From a virus: DNA of 64,000 bases. Positions 47,501-57,389 of this stretch are shown piece by piece. Position numbers and translations under genes: made by a program. The stretch covers positions 29,236 through 93,235 of the IMG/VR virus record IMGVR_UViG_3300036828_000363. One strand, given 5' to 3'. How positions within the stretch are numbered: the stretch's first letter is position 1; each line of letters begins with the position of its first letter. The notes under the pieces are model-generated. The model made no database searches. It saw nothing but the letters and a program-made list of their open reading frames with translations, and was not told the DNA's origin.

Positions 47501-48261
47501 CTCAAGCAGGTGCGACTGGTTATACGGGTTACACCGGATACACTGGAGCTTCATCTACCGTAACCGGGCCAACTGGTTACACTGGGTCTGCTGGAACACC
47601 AAGTACAGTAACTGGCCCGACTGGATATACTGGCCCTGCCGGAACTCAAGGTACGACTGGTTATACTGGTTACACTGGTGTTGCAGGTTCCGCGTCAGCT
47701 ACTGGTGCGACTGGTTATACTGGTGCTGGTGTCGGTACGGGCGGAGCTGCGCTACTTTCGGCGACTGCCGCAATCAGTCAAACGGAAACAATTGCAGTAA
47801 AAACTCCTGCACTTGCTGCAAATAGATTAATTGCAGGTACTGTTCTTCAGTGTCATATGCTGGGTACTGCTACTGGTGGTAATGCTTCCCAGCCGGTGTT
47901 TACAATGCGTTGGGGAACTTTGGGTACGACATCAGATACAGCAGTATGTACTTTTACATTCGCCGTTCAAGCTACAACAGGAACTAGCATTCCTTGGGCT
48001 ATCCAAATCATGTTCACGGTTAGAACCGTTGGTGCTGCTGGCACAGGAATGGCGATGGCCATATTGTTAAATACAAGCGGTGCGGCAGTTGGTACAGCTT
48101 GTACTGGTATATCTCTTGTTCCCGTTCAGATTATTCAACCAGCGATGAGTGCCTTCGACACGACAATAGCGAATGGCATCTTATCATTTTCTATTAAAAC
48201 TGGTAATGCTTCAAATACAATCACTGCTAGTGAAGCAATCATAGAGGTAGTGAATAACTAA
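44509..48261 (+). CDS. Collagen-like (GYT-rich) fibre protein 2
   Basis: Two long G-X-Y tracts; shares its N-terminal motif and internal globular domains with 41249-43840. Confidence 0.88.
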   Translation: MASGTTTPFLSLYKPFRGEVGWDAAVNQNFDLIDTFAEENSQGSTGGAGSTGSTGYTGYTGYTGPAGSGGTGSGSTGATGYTGTPGATGATGYTGYTGRTGYTGYTGSQGTAGTIGATGYTGYTGTGTIGATGYTGYTGSQGSTGYTGPAGVAANTGPTGYTGPAGVGSTGATGYTGPAGSGSATTGPTGYTGAQGATGYTGSQGNQGATGPTGYTGSQGTAGSQGIPGTTGATGFTGYTGSQGTAGTIGPTGYTGYTGSQGTAGTQGATGYTGYTGNTGAQGSQGIVGVTGPQGVTGYTGYTGAGAFTGYTGYTGQSSTVTGPTGYTGTQGTAGTQGATGYTGYTGYTGYTGSQGTAGTPSTVTGPTGYTGYTGTAGTIGATGYTGYTGAQGSTGYTGYTGTPGGASSTGSTGPTGYTGAAGSGGGGFINIQSQLPQVTGTAADATLFTASLTAGVLTSSTKVIIKFSISHVGSASCIYKLKWGTDSFTILTSTAAAVVGEIGITLGLQGQPTQQVVSSSVQQNALSPTLTVNAGTQAAGSAITVTITGNVAATDSFTPQQFAMVSVLAQGITGSTGYTGAQGTPGATGATGYTGYTGAQGTAGTQGTTGYTGYTGSVGAASTVTGPTGYTGYTGSQGTAGTQGPTGYTGYTGAQGIQGVVGATGYTGYTGTQGIVGTQGATGYTGYTGTAGTQGVTGYTGYTGYTGAGNFTGYTGYTGPAGAASTVTGYTGYTGYTGSAGTASTVTGPTGYTGASSTVTGPTGYTGLIGPTGTTGYTGRTGYTGYTGAGNFTGYTGYTGPTGYTGAGNFTGYTGPTGYTGLGTDNFTHVVSAVAGKPTASQLVCISTVAAPAQFPADFNTPTSQASVGTNPTATAVYTIYKNGVQIGTCTFNTSGVETFSSSGLVVTANPGDRLTILAPATPDATMADVSINLVATRSGVVAPSTPIPILTWRGAYNAGTTYGVNDVVSYQNSSYVCIAPSTGNLPTNTSFWALMAQAGATGYTGYTGYTGASSTVTGPTGYTGSAGTPSTVTGPTGYTGPAGTQGTTGYTGYTGVAGSASATGATGYTGAGVGTGGAALLSATAAISQTETIAVKTPALAANRLIAGTVLQCHMLGTATGGNASQPVFTMRWGTLGTTSDTAVCTFTFAVQATTGTSIPWAIQIMFTVRTVGAAGTGMAMAILLNTSGAAVGTACTGISLVPVQIIQPAMSAFDTTIANGILSFSIKTGNASNTITASEAIIEVVNN

Positions 48262-48287
48262 GACTTTCAATGGATAAGGTATAGAAT

Positions 48288-50246
48288 ATGGCATTCAAAA
48301 CTAGAACCGTAAAATCCTTTACAGCACACAACGTCACAACGGCTCCTGATTACAACAAGGCAAACTATCCAGACTTGTTTACTGGCAGAACAAACCATGA
48401 TGGGAATTGGTTATCTGTTGATTCGAAATGGTTTGATGACTCGGAGAACGCAGCAGCACCGATGACTATCAGCAAAGAATCTGTCCGAAATTTGATGCCT
48501 TCAGGTTGGACAGGGCGTATTGCGATGCATTCGATGTTGTGGTGGGGGCGTTCAAATCATCCTGATATCGGGGTGAATGATACTGATCCTGCTACAATCA
48601 AAAACATCGTGCAGGACATGATTGACCGTGGCTATGACGTTCTCATCCCGGATTGGTATCACCCAACGAAAACCACTTGCACAAATGATGCAACAGTTGA
48701 TCTATGGGTGACTGAGTGTAACAATCTGGGTTTGAATTTTATGATCATGATTGACCAGCAGTATTTCGGCAATCAAGGTAGTACATCCGCCACAATGCAA
48801 GCGGATATCATCATGGCAATCAACCATGTGATGGATCGCTACGCTTCAAATCCGAAGTATGAGCACTACATGTTCAACGGTGAATCCCGTCCCATGCTCT
48901 TACTTTGGAATGTAGCTTCAGTTGCTGGTAAGAATGTGGATTGGAATAAAGTAAGCGATGGAGTTAGATCACATTCCAATCCTCTCTTGATCCATTATCA
49001 AGCGAATGGATTCAACGTAGCAAAGAGTGACGGAAGTCTGTCTTGGCTCGATTCAAATGCAGATAGTGCTGCGAGTCCGTCTGGTAGTGACTACTTAACA
49101 AAAAGCTTTCTGCCAGCTTGTACTTCACACCCTAATCAAATTCACATCAGCTCCTGCTGGCCGGGGTTTAATGGAACACTTACAGGGAGTGTTAATTGGT
49201 CGCTGGAAAAATATATCAGTCAGAACGGCGGACAGACTTGGCTGGATACTTGGAAAGTGAATGCGGACTATGTTGAGAACGGTGGGCGGATTGATTTTCT
49301 TGCCACCATCATACTTGATGACTTTGAAGAAGGTTCAGCCGTCCAAGGTGGTATCAGAACAAAGCTTGGGATAAATACAAGTTTGTCTGGTGATCTATTG
49401 AGTTTTACAGTCACCGGAAATGAAAACACCGTTCGCCAGTATAACTTGTGGGGAACTACTGACGGTGAAACCGCTTACCTACTTGCTACAGTCATGCCCG
49501 GAGATGCGAAGCAATTTGATTTGAGTAAAGTCTCGGTTCCTGTAGCTGGTAACTACACGTTGTATGTCGAAGTTCAGGGCATGCCTAGTTTGGAGAGTAA
49601 GATGGCACAAGAAAAGTTCGAGAATATTCCTCTCGGTGATTCGACTGGCCCAACTGGCCCTAATCCTAGTCCGATTGGCCCTACAGGCCCAACTGGTTAC
49701 ACCGGATATACTGGGCCAGCGGGTTCAGGTGGTTCAGGTGGAACTGATAGTTTAGATGTGAAGACTTCGACTACAACCGCTTCTGCGTCAACCACTAAAG
49801 ATCAAAACTTATATGTTGGGCCGGCTATGCCTGCGGGTTACTTGGATGTAGTTGGCAGAGGTTTGAAAGTCCATGCTTTCGGGACGGTTCGTGCTTCGAC
49901 ATCTTTTCAGATGAGATTAGTGGTACAGAATGTTACAACACTACTTAGCTTCTCCCCTCAAACTGTGCCATCATCGTCAAGTGATTATCCGTGGGAAGCT
50001 GACTTCACAATCATTCGCCGCTCAACTGGGCCTAAGGGTGTTTGCTCTGTAGCCGGCAATCTGATGCTTGCTCAAGCATCTAGTGGTAAGACGAATGTAC
50101 CAAAGGCCGATGTCAATCAAGTGGTGACCAACCCGGTTGACTTATCCGTCCAGCAAACAATCATGATCGTAGGCACCTTCAGTTCCTCGTCTAGTAATAA
50201 TTCCTTCACCGTGAATGGCGGGGAGATGGTAAAGTTTGGTAACTAG
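48288..50246 (+). CDS. Glycoside hydrolase-like protein, paralog 2, fused to fibre C-terminal domain
   Basis: Highly similar to 39858-41243; short collagen linker; C-terminus homologous to that of 41249-43840. Confidence 0.7.
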   Translation: MAFKTRTVKSFTAHNVTTAPDYNKANYPDLFTGRTNHDGNWLSVDSKWFDDSENAAAPMTISKESVRNLMPSGWTGRIAMHSMLWWGRSNHPDIGVNDTDPATIKNIVQDMIDRGYDVLIPDWYHPTKTTCTNDATVDLWVTECNNLGLNFMIMIDQQYFGNQGSTSATMQADIIMAINHVMDRYASNPKYEHYMFNGESRPMLLLWNVASVAGKNVDWNKVSDGVRSHSNPLLIHYQANGFNVAKSDGSLSWLDSNADSAASPSGSDYLTKSFLPACTSHPNQIHISSCWPGFNGTLTGSVNWSLEKYISQNGGQTWLDTWKVNADYVENGGRIDFLATIILDDFEEGSAVQGGIRTKLGINTSLSGDLLSFTVTGNENTVRQYNLWGTTDGETAYLLATVMPGDAKQFDLSKVSVPVAGNYTLYVEVQGMPSLESKMAQEKFENIPLGDSTGPTGPNPSPIGPTGPTGYTGYTGPAGSGGSGGTDSLDVKTSTTTASASTTKDQNLYVGPAMPAGYLDVVGRGLKVHAFGTVRASTSFQMRLVVQNVTTLLSFSPQTVPSSSSDYPWEADFTIIRRSTGPKGVCSVAGNLMLAQASSGKTNVPKADVNQVVTNPVDLSVQQTIMIVGTFSSSSSNNSFTVNGGEMVKFGN

Positions 50247-50263
50247 GAAATGAGGTTAACTAA

Positions 50264-53200
50264 TTGAATCCCCTTTTTAGTATTGTGCTAATCGCAAAAA
50301 ATGAAGTGAGTAGTCTGCCTCGTTTACTTTCTTCACTGAGTGATTTTCAAGCAAGGCAAGGAGAAGTAGTCCTTGTGGATACCGGGTCAACCGATGGAAC
50401 ACCGGATAAAGCGCGTTCTCTCGGTTGTATCGTGTTTGAAGTAGGCGATCAATTTATCACTACCATCAATACGAATTTCGCGAAGCAGATAAACCATAAG
50501 TTCGTTGTGGGTGGAGAAGCTCCGGTAGTGAATCCCGGAGATAAGATATTCAACTTTTCTGCGGCGCGTAATTTTGCTGCGTCCTGCGCGACTACAGACT
50601 ACGTATCTTTCGCGGATTGCGATGAGAAGTTTACGACATTGGATATCGATGCTATCAATGAACTGATTCAAAAAGGCATCGGACAGTTCGAGTATAACTT
50701 CTGCTTCAGTCATGATCAGTTTGGCAACCCTGCAATGAAATTCATCCAGAGCAAATTCTATGACCGTAGATTGCTGCAATGGAGAAACATAGTTCATGAG
50801 GTACTTTCCCCTCGGGATGTTTCGGTAGGAGATGCGAAAAGAGCTTTGTTACCGGAAAGCACTCTCTATCTAGAGCATTGGCAGGAGCCGAATCGTGATC
50901 ATCGTCCAAAATATCTGGTAGGACTCGCGTATGACGCTTTTATGAATCCGTCAGAAGATCGCCAGAGTCATTATCTTGGTCGTGAACTACTTTGGACAGG
51001 TCATCCGAAGTCAGCTATTCATGAGTTAACTCGGCATGTAGCTATGAATCGTTGGGATGCTGAGCGTGCTCAGAGTTTGATTTTTATGGGAGATGCCTAT
51101 GGCATTATTAACCAGCCGGAGAAACAGGTCGAAGCTTACAACAAGGCGTTCTATATCGATTGCAGTCGTAGAGAATCCTTACTACGACTCGCCAACTTCT
51201 ACAAACACAATCAAAACTTTCAGGCCACTGCCTGCTATGCTTCCGCCGCTTTGGAGATTCCTTGGAACGGATACTACGCAAATGACCATCGTCACTATAC
51301 CTCGGAACCTCACGCGCTTCTTTACTGGGCAAACGGTTGGATGGGGAAAATAGACAAGGCGAAGGAGCATCTGATGAAAGCTCTTGAATACGAACCGTTC
51401 AACCCGGATTTTCATCGTGATACGAGGTTTTACTTTGCTTACGCTGATCCTTGTATTGAAGGTTGGATGACTTACTCGGAGCTTTTGTGGCTCTATGAGA
51501 CTGCGTCTACTGTGCAGTCTATCGTGGAACTGGGAAGTTGGCAGGGTAAGTCTACTCATGCTTTATGCTCTGGGTGTCCTCACGGTTTGATTACTGCTAT
51601 CGATCATTTTCAGGGTTCGGATGACGAACGGGACTTGACGAAAGAAGCAGCGAAGACAATGGATGTGTACGGTAACTTTCTTAAGAACATGGCACCATTT
51701 CGTAACATCAAGGTCAATGCGAAGAATGTGGAATGGGCAGCGGGAGATTATCCGGATGGCGCGTTCGACATGGTGTTCATTGATGCGGAGCACTCTTATT
51801 CTGCGGTTCGTCGTGATATTCGGTTGTGGAAACCGAAGGCGAGGAAGATTCTTTGTGGACATGACTACAGCGACACTTGGCCAGAATTAAAGCAAGCGGT
51901 CAAGGATGAACTGGGGGAAGTAGAAGTTCACGCTACCATTTGGATAAAGAGGTTTAATCCGCCAACGCTAACTATCGATGAACTGACTGACAAGATCAGG
52001 AACAAAATTCCTTTCTCTTTTGTCAAACGTGGTGATGGAGAACAAGCCTGCATGAGAGGTGACACCGGACAAAATGTGGACGGTCAATCGTACTCAATTG
52101 AACTTGCAGAGAAGCTACGCGAGTCATTCCGCTATCTACAAGGTCGTGCTTATGTTGTAGACTTCGATAATCAACAAGAATACAACATGCTTCTTCATCG
52201 GACTGACTCTAATCTTGACGCGGTCAAAAACTTTTGGATGACAGTCAAAGATCGTGATCCAAAAAAGAAAGTATTCGTTGGCCCGATTGATTTGTATCGA
52301 GGTGGTGTTGGCGATCTACTACAAATTGAGAAGCTCGTAGCAGTTAGTCCTCATGACGCGTTTGGGCAAAATAGCTCGGTGATGCAATCATTAGTTAAGT
52401 GCTTAATTGAGATAGGAGATGACGTAATTTTCATTTTCTGTGCGGGACTCGCGTCCAAAGTTTGGATTGCGGAGCTTATGAAGATTCATCCCGTTACCTG
52501 TATTGATGCAGGTAGTAGCTTCGATCCAATTTTCCTGTATCAAAGTAGAACATACCAAGCAGATAGGGAAACGCTACATAGGTTGTACGGTTTGTCAGAA
52601 ACACCACAAAGTCCAGTCCGGGTAAAGCTTATTAAAAAAGAGCCGAGAGTTTCAATCGTAAAAGAGCCGATGGTTTCAATCGTGATTCCGACTGTCCAGC
52701 CGGAGAGAAAAGAAAAATGGCTTCGACTACTCGCGCACTTACCGGGAACCGTGGGTTACCAAAACTATGAAGTGATAACCATGCAGGATTCTCTTGAAGA
52801 TCGTAAGGGTTGCCCAGTCATGGTTGCACAAGGTGTGGAGAAAGCTACCGGAGAATTGATATTGTTTCTAGGCGACGATGTAGTACCGGAACAAAACTTT
52901 CTCCGTTACGCGGTTGACGCGATGATTAAACACTTCCCGGACTTCGATGGCCTGATAGGTTTGAATGACGGTAACTGGGGTGATCGCCTCGCGACTCACT
53001 GGCTGGCTGGTAAAAAGTTGCTTCCACTGATAGGTGGAGAGTTTTTCCACACTGGTTACAATCATGTCGGGTGTGACAATGAGCTAACTGGCCGTGCCCG
53101 CAAACTTGGTAAATACTTCTGGTGCAAAGAATCAATGGTACAGCACCACCATCCTTTGCACACCGGACACATGGAAGAAATGGACGAAGTGTACAAGGTT

Positions 53201-53284
53201 GCGTGGAATGAAGAGTCGGTGAGACGGGACAGGGAGTTACTTAAGCAACGGTCTGAGGAATTTGGATTTGAATTGATCGTATGA
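50264..53284 (+). CDS. Multidomain glycosyltransferase (GT2-TPR-methyltransferase-GT-D-like-GT2)
   Basis: LVDTGSTDGT, NFSAARN, DCDE; TPRs; VELGSWQGKS, FIDAEHSY; FVKRGDGE, IDAGS; FLGDDV. Confidence 0.88.
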   Translation: MNPLFSIVLIAKNEVSSLPRLLSSLSDFQARQGEVVLVDTGSTDGTPDKARSLGCIVFEVGDQFITTINTNFAKQINHKFVVGGEAPVVNPGDKIFNFSAARNFAASCATTDYVSFADCDEKFTTLDIDAINELIQKGIGQFEYNFCFSHDQFGNPAMKFIQSKFYDRRLLQWRNIVHEVLSPRDVSVGDAKRALLPESTLYLEHWQEPNRDHRPKYLVGLAYDAFMNPSEDRQSHYLGRELLWTGHPKSAIHELTRHVAMNRWDAERAQSLIFMGDAYGIINQPEKQVEAYNKAFYIDCSRRESLLRLANFYKHNQNFQATACYASAALEIPWNGYYANDHRHYTSEPHALLYWANGWMGKIDKAKEHLMKALEYEPFNPDFHRDTRFYFAYADPCIEGWMTYSELLWLYETASTVQSIVELGSWQGKSTHALCSGCPHGLITAIDHFQGSDDERDLTKEAAKTMDVYGNFLKNMAPFRNIKVNAKNVEWAAGDYPDGAFDMVFIDAEHSYSAVRRDIRLWKPKARKILCGHDYSDTWPELKQAVKDELGEVEVHATIWIKRFNPPTLTIDELTDKIRNKIPFSFVKRGDGEQACMRGDTGQNVDGQSYSIELAEKLRESFRYLQGRAYVVDFDNQQEYNMLLHRTDSNLDAVKNFWMTVKDRDPKKKVFVGPIDLYRGGVGDLLQIEKLVAVSPHDAFGQNSSVMQSLVKCLIEIGDDVIFIFCAGLASKVWIAELMKIHPVTCIDAGSSFDPIFLYQSRTYQADRETLHRLYGLSETPQSPVRVKLIKKEPRVSIVKEPMVSIVIPTVQPERKEKWLRLLAHLPGTVGYQNYEVITMQDSLEDRKGCPVMVAQGVEKATGELILFLGDDVVPEQNFLRYAVDAMIKHFPDFDGLIGLNDGNWGDRLATHWLAGKKLLPLIGGEFFHTGYNHVGCDNELTGRARKLGKYFWCKESMVQHHHPLHTGHMEEMDEVYKVAWNEESVRRDRELLKQRSEEFGFELIV

Positions 53285-53619
53285 GCGCGTGGGGATCATC
53301 AGCGTGGAGTTCTTCTGCGTGGAGTTCCGTAGAAGCGGGTTTAACGTTTGGCTACGGTGTTGAGCAGTGGGGTTTAACTCCTTGGGGTGGAACCGTAATA
53401 ATAGTTCCAGCTAAGTTCTTATCTGCGGTTTTTGTTGATGAGCAAGTACTAGATATGCAACTAGATGTCATTCACTTCTTGTCAGCTAGCTTTGTTGATG
53501 AGCAAGTACTAGATATGCAACTAGACATAATCCACGCTGTAATGATGTATTCGATGGACTTTCAATCGCTTCAAATTTCGGAACTGGAAGACGCCTTCAC
53601 TAATCCTAAAGGAAACTAA
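53281..53619 (+). CDS. Hypothetical protein with 60-nt-spaced internal duplication
   Basis: FVDEQVLDMQLD twice (53431 and 53491). Confidence 0.55.
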   Translation: MSAWGSSAWSSSAWSSVEAGLTFGYGVEQWGLTPWGGTVIIVPAKFLSAVFVDEQVLDMQLDVIHFLSASFVDEQVLDMQLDIIHAVMMYSMDFQSLQISELEDAFTNPKGN

Positions 53620-53620
53620 A

Positions 53621-53962
53621 GTGCTTTACTGGAATAATGACGATAAAGTTGCAGTCAAAATCACGGATTTGAGTACCGGACTTCCTGTCACCGATGCACA
53701 AGTACTAGTGAGCTATTACATTGGTCGTGACCGGAATCATCCCGAAAAAGCGCCGGGAGAAGTGCTTCCCGGACTACAAGACTTGTTTCTATCGGCTGAC
53801 ACTACTCTCGGTGATGGTTGGTACTCAACTCAAGTTGAAAGTGCGTCAGTTCCCGCGCCCGGTGCCTATGTCAGAGTTACAGTTGCAACTACTCCGGCAG
53901 GTGCGAATGGTCACTGGGAAGACTTTGTTACAGTCGCTGTGAGAAGGAATACGGATAATTAA
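53621..53962 (+). CDS. Hypothetical Ig-like protein
   Basis: RBS AAGGA; beta-rich. Confidence 0.6.
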   Translation: MLYWNNDDKVAVKITDLSTGLPVTDAQVLVSYYIGRDRNHPEKAPGEVLPGLQDLFLSADTTLGDGWYSTQVESASVPAPGAYVRVTVATTPAGANGHWEDFVTVAVRRNTDN

Positions 53963-53967
53963 TTTCT

Positions 53968-54345
53968 ATGACCGCCCAAGAAGGATGGTACGGAGTTGAT
54001 TTTGATGGTACTCTAGTAACGATTCCGGATAAAGACATACGTGACGATCCTAGTTATGTTGGTGATCCTATTTGGCCAACTATCTACCGTGTACAACAAC
54101 GGTTAGCTGCTGGTCAAATAGTTAAAATCTTCACTGCCCGAGTCTGGAATGATGGTTCTGAAGAAAGACTGAAGGCGGTGATGATAGGTTATTCTGTCGT
54201 CTCCGCCTTTTGTCTGGAATTTTTTGGTGAAGTGTTACCGATTACCAATGAAAAAGACCCGTGGATGATTGAGCTAGAGGACGATAGGGTGGTTCAAGTA
54301 GGTAGGAACACCGGCTATCCGGTTGGTTGGAACAATGAATGGTAA
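53968..54345 (+). CDS. HAD-superfamily phosphatase-like protein
   Basis: GVDFDGTL, KIFTAR, ITNEKD, LEDDR. Confidence 0.8.
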   Translation: MTAQEGWYGVDFDGTLVTIPDKDIRDDPSYVGDPIWPTIYRVQQRLAAGQIVKIFTARVWNDGSEERLKAVMIGYSVVSAFCLEFFGEVLPITNEKDPWMIELEDDRVVQVGRNTGYPVGWNNEW

Positions 54346-56501
54346 TGAATGGCGAGGATACTATGGAAAAGGCAGAAAGAGTTCCGCTTTCAATTTCAAT
54401 GGGATCATTTCGTAAGATTGTACCGATAACGAAGATTGATTCTGCATTGCGAGAGGTATCCGGAATAGTTACCTCTGAAACACCGGATAAGACGGGTGAG
54501 ATTTGCGACTATGCTAAGTCTAAACCGTACTATCAAGCATGGTCACATGAATTCGCGAAGGCAACGAGTGGAAACTCACTGGGTAACCTTCGCGAAATGC
54601 ACAAGCTAATCGCCGTGGGTAAGTTGACCAACCTGCTCTATGATGACGACTCGAAAATCATCTATTGCACTGCGAAGGTCGTGGATGAACCCGCCTGGCA
54701 AAAGTGTCTACAAGGTGTTTACACCGGCTTTTCTCACGGTGGCGAGTATATTGGTGGAATAGTCACCGATGGTGAATTCAAACGCTACGTTGCGAAACCT
54801 TCCGAAGTTTCCCTTGTCGATAATCCCTGCAATCCTGATGCCCATTTCGAATTCGTCAAAACAGATGGATCAGTCGAGCTTCGCAAGTTCAAAAGCGTTC
54901 AAGCAGAGAAGACTGTGAAGGGCGCGAAAGATTGGTCGGACTTACCTTCCGTGATCAAGCACTACAGAGATGCGGTTGACAATGGCTACAAACCATCCGT
55001 GGAAAAGAAGTCGCCGGAAGGTTGGGAAGGCACCGTCGAAGCCATGAAAGATCATCCGGAGATTGACAACCCGTGGGCACTTGCGAACTGGATGAATGAC
55101 GAAGGGTATGAAGCTCACAAAGTCACGGAAGGACTGGCAATGAAAACCACTGAAGCGGTTTTTACCAAGGCGGAAGTTAAAGACATGCTGAAGACTCACC
55201 ACCTTGAAATTGGACGGTTAGTTCTTGCTGCTTTGAACAAGAAGGTCGTTCCGACAGATGGACTCAAGAAAGAAGACGGCAACGAGAACGGTTGTGAGTG
55301 TGACTGTGAGAGCTGCAAGGACAATGACTGTGAAGACTGTCCCGGTTGTGATGACGAGCACTGTCTCGGTAAAGCGAAGAAGGCAGCGAAGACGGTTGAA
55401 GCTGATCTAGTCGTGAAGCTCGCAAACAGGGCGATGATCAAGAAGGAACTTGCGACTTTCCATAAGGTCAAGTTCGAAGATGACAAGGCGAAGGAAACCG
55501 CGTGGAGCAATCTTCTTACTCGTGCGGTGGCAGTTGGCATCCACGTGGAAAAAGTGAATGATCAGGTGATGGATATCCTGCGTACTTCACTGGGAAAGAA
55601 ATTGGGCAAGTCAAAAGACGAAGTCAAGACTTTGCTTGTCGAACTGGAAAAGCGGGATGTGTCCGACAAGGAACGTGAAAAGCTCGCGGATAAGGGACAC
55701 GCGATGCCCGATGGTTCCTATCCAATTGCGAATACTTCCGATCTTAGCAACGCTATCCAAGCTATAGGTCGGGCGAAGAATCCAGACGCAGTCAAGCAAC
55801 ACATCAAGAGACGGGCGAAAGACCTTGGCGCGACTGACTCTCTACCTGATACTTGGAAGGTGGAAGCAACAACGGGTGGACTCAAAAAAGGATTGAATGA
55901 AGTCGCCCGTCTTGCGTCTTTGATTCTGCAAATGTCGTGGCTGAAGTGGTCGGTTCAGAATGAGCAGACGTATGAAGAAGATACCGCGTCTACTCTTCCT
56001 GCTGATCTTCAATCAGACATTGAAAGTATGGCTGAGACCTTCTTGTCAATGGCGAAGGAAGAGATTGATGAACTACTCGCCCAAGTCAAGACGGATAAGT
56101 ATCCGGATGAAGCTACGGGTGGTTGTTGTTCGCCCATACCTAGTTGCTGTAATTCAGTCGGACTAATTTGCGCGTCCGAGCTAACCGATCTTGAGAAGGC
56201 AGTGATTCAGGCTGTCGAGCTTGAGAAAGCCGAATTTGAAAAGGAGATTACCATCTACAAGGCGTCACAAAAAAACGGCACCGATGACGACTCAGATTTC
56301 GATGAGGCGACTGATGGAAAGGCACCCAACAATGAAGACGATGGTTATTGTGGTGTGAGTAAGCTTGTAGAAGGTTTGTACAAAGCTTCGCAGGAACCCA
56401 GTGAGGGTTTGTATCTCGCTGCAACGAACTCTATCAACCATAAACCCAAACCCAACCGCCAGTTGGCGGGGAAAGGTAACGTCCGAAATGAATCATCTTG
56501 A
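54339..56501 (+). CDS. Prohead maturation protease with long C-terminal extension
   Basis: LREMH, YTGFSHGG, EVSLVDNPCNPDA; internal AMPDGSYPI...NAIQAIGRA domain. Confidence 0.85.
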   Translation: MVMNGEDTMEKAERVPLSISMGSFRKIVPITKIDSALREVSGIVTSETPDKTGEICDYAKSKPYYQAWSHEFAKATSGNSLGNLREMHKLIAVGKLTNLLYDDDSKIIYCTAKVVDEPAWQKCLQGVYTGFSHGGEYIGGIVTDGEFKRYVAKPSEVSLVDNPCNPDAHFEFVKTDGSVELRKFKSVQAEKTVKGAKDWSDLPSVIKHYRDAVDNGYKPSVEKKSPEGWEGTVEAMKDHPEIDNPWALANWMNDEGYEAHKVTEGLAMKTTEAVFTKAEVKDMLKTHHLEIGRLVLAALNKKVVPTDGLKKEDGNENGCECDCESCKDNDCEDCPGCDDEHCLGKAKKAAKTVEADLVVKLANRAMIKKELATFHKVKFEDDKAKETAWSNLLTRAVAVGIHVEKVNDQVMDILRTSLGKKLGKSKDEVKTLLVELEKRDVSDKEREKLADKGHAMPDGSYPIANTSDLSNAIQAIGRAKNPDAVKQHIKRRAKDLGATDSLPDTWKVEATTGGLKKGLNEVARLASLILQMSWLKWSVQNEQTYEEDTASTLPADLQSDIESMAETFLSMAKEEIDELLAQVKTDKYPDEATGGCCSPIPSCCNSVGLICASELTDLEKAVIQAVELEKAEFEKEITIYKASQKNGTDDDSDFDEATDGKAPNNEDDGYCGVSKLVEGLYKASQEPSEGLYLAATNSINHKPKPNRQLAGKGNVRNESS

Positions 56502-57270
56502 AAAAGCGAAGTCGGCAGCCACCCAATTGGCGCGTATGACAAAGGCGGTTGCGGATTTTCATCAAAAAACATCCGATCTTCACAATAACCACATGGCGAA
56601 AGTTTCCGCGCTTCATAAGGCACACGCGGACGACATGAGCGCAGCCATCGGGAATGTTCACAAAATTCTCGGTGACGAAAGTGGTGAGTTGAAGTCCATC
56701 GATCTTGAAGCGGGTGGAACGAAGAACCTTCAGGACTTTGGCGCGAACAAAGCGGCTGGCGCAGCCAATGATGCAGGTGCAACCAACGGTAAAGGCGCGA
56801 CTGCAACCAACGGCAAGGGTGAAACCGTTGATGAAGCAAACGGAAAAGGAGAGAAGACCATGAAGGCATCAGACATCCAAGAGATGATCCAGAAGTCGGT
56901 GGAAACCTCTATGGGTTCTTTCATGGAAGAATTCGTCAAGGCACTCACTGGTGCAGACGATGAGCAGTTGGCCAATTTGAAGAAAGATCAGGGTGGCGAC
57001 GGCAACGGCAACGGGGCCACTGTGGAGAAAGCGATGAATGGCGTCGGTAGTCGTGAAACGGTTGTTCGTCCAATCGTTCGGGCAGGTGGCGGCACAGTCG
57101 TGACGAAAGCAAATGACGCGACTGATGTGAAACCAGTAGCTGCGGAGCCGGTTGATGTTCAAAAAGCGTTGGGCGGTGATCAGGAAGAAGCGCTCAAGTT
57201 GATGCGCGGCGCGAAAAAATCCAATGACATTCCCCCGACTTTGATTGAACCAATGTCAAAGCTCCACTGA
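56488..57270 (+). CDS. Scaffolding-like protein
   Basis: Between protease and capsid; helical, low complexity; start re-chosen at MNHLEK. Confidence 0.6.
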   Translation: MNHLEKAKSAATQLARMTKAVADFHQKTSDLHNNHMAKVSALHKAHADDMSAAIGNVHKILGDESGELKSIDLEAGGTKNLQDFGANKAAGAANDAGATNGKGATATNGKGETVDEANGKGEKTMKASDIQEMIQKSVETSMGSFMEEFVKALTGADDEQLANLKKDQGGDGNGNGATVEKAMNGVGSRETVVRPIVRAGGGTVVTKANDATDVKPVAAEPVDVQKALGGDQEEALKLMRGAKKSNDIPPTLIEPMSKLH

Positions 57271-57389
57271 TTCAATTTCGCGGGACGGTTAAAGTATAAT
57301 CGTCCCGTCAAGTTTGAACTATAACAAAATCGGGTCAGAAAGCTTTAGTTTAGCTTGAGTCTGACGAGCCGATAAAGAGGAAAGAGAAA

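Noticed and set aside
41380-47730. 9-nt periodic ACTGGTTAC repeats as a second non-coding array
   Set aside because: Fully explained by in-frame Gly-X-Y collagen coding; overlapping alternative ORFs are shadows.
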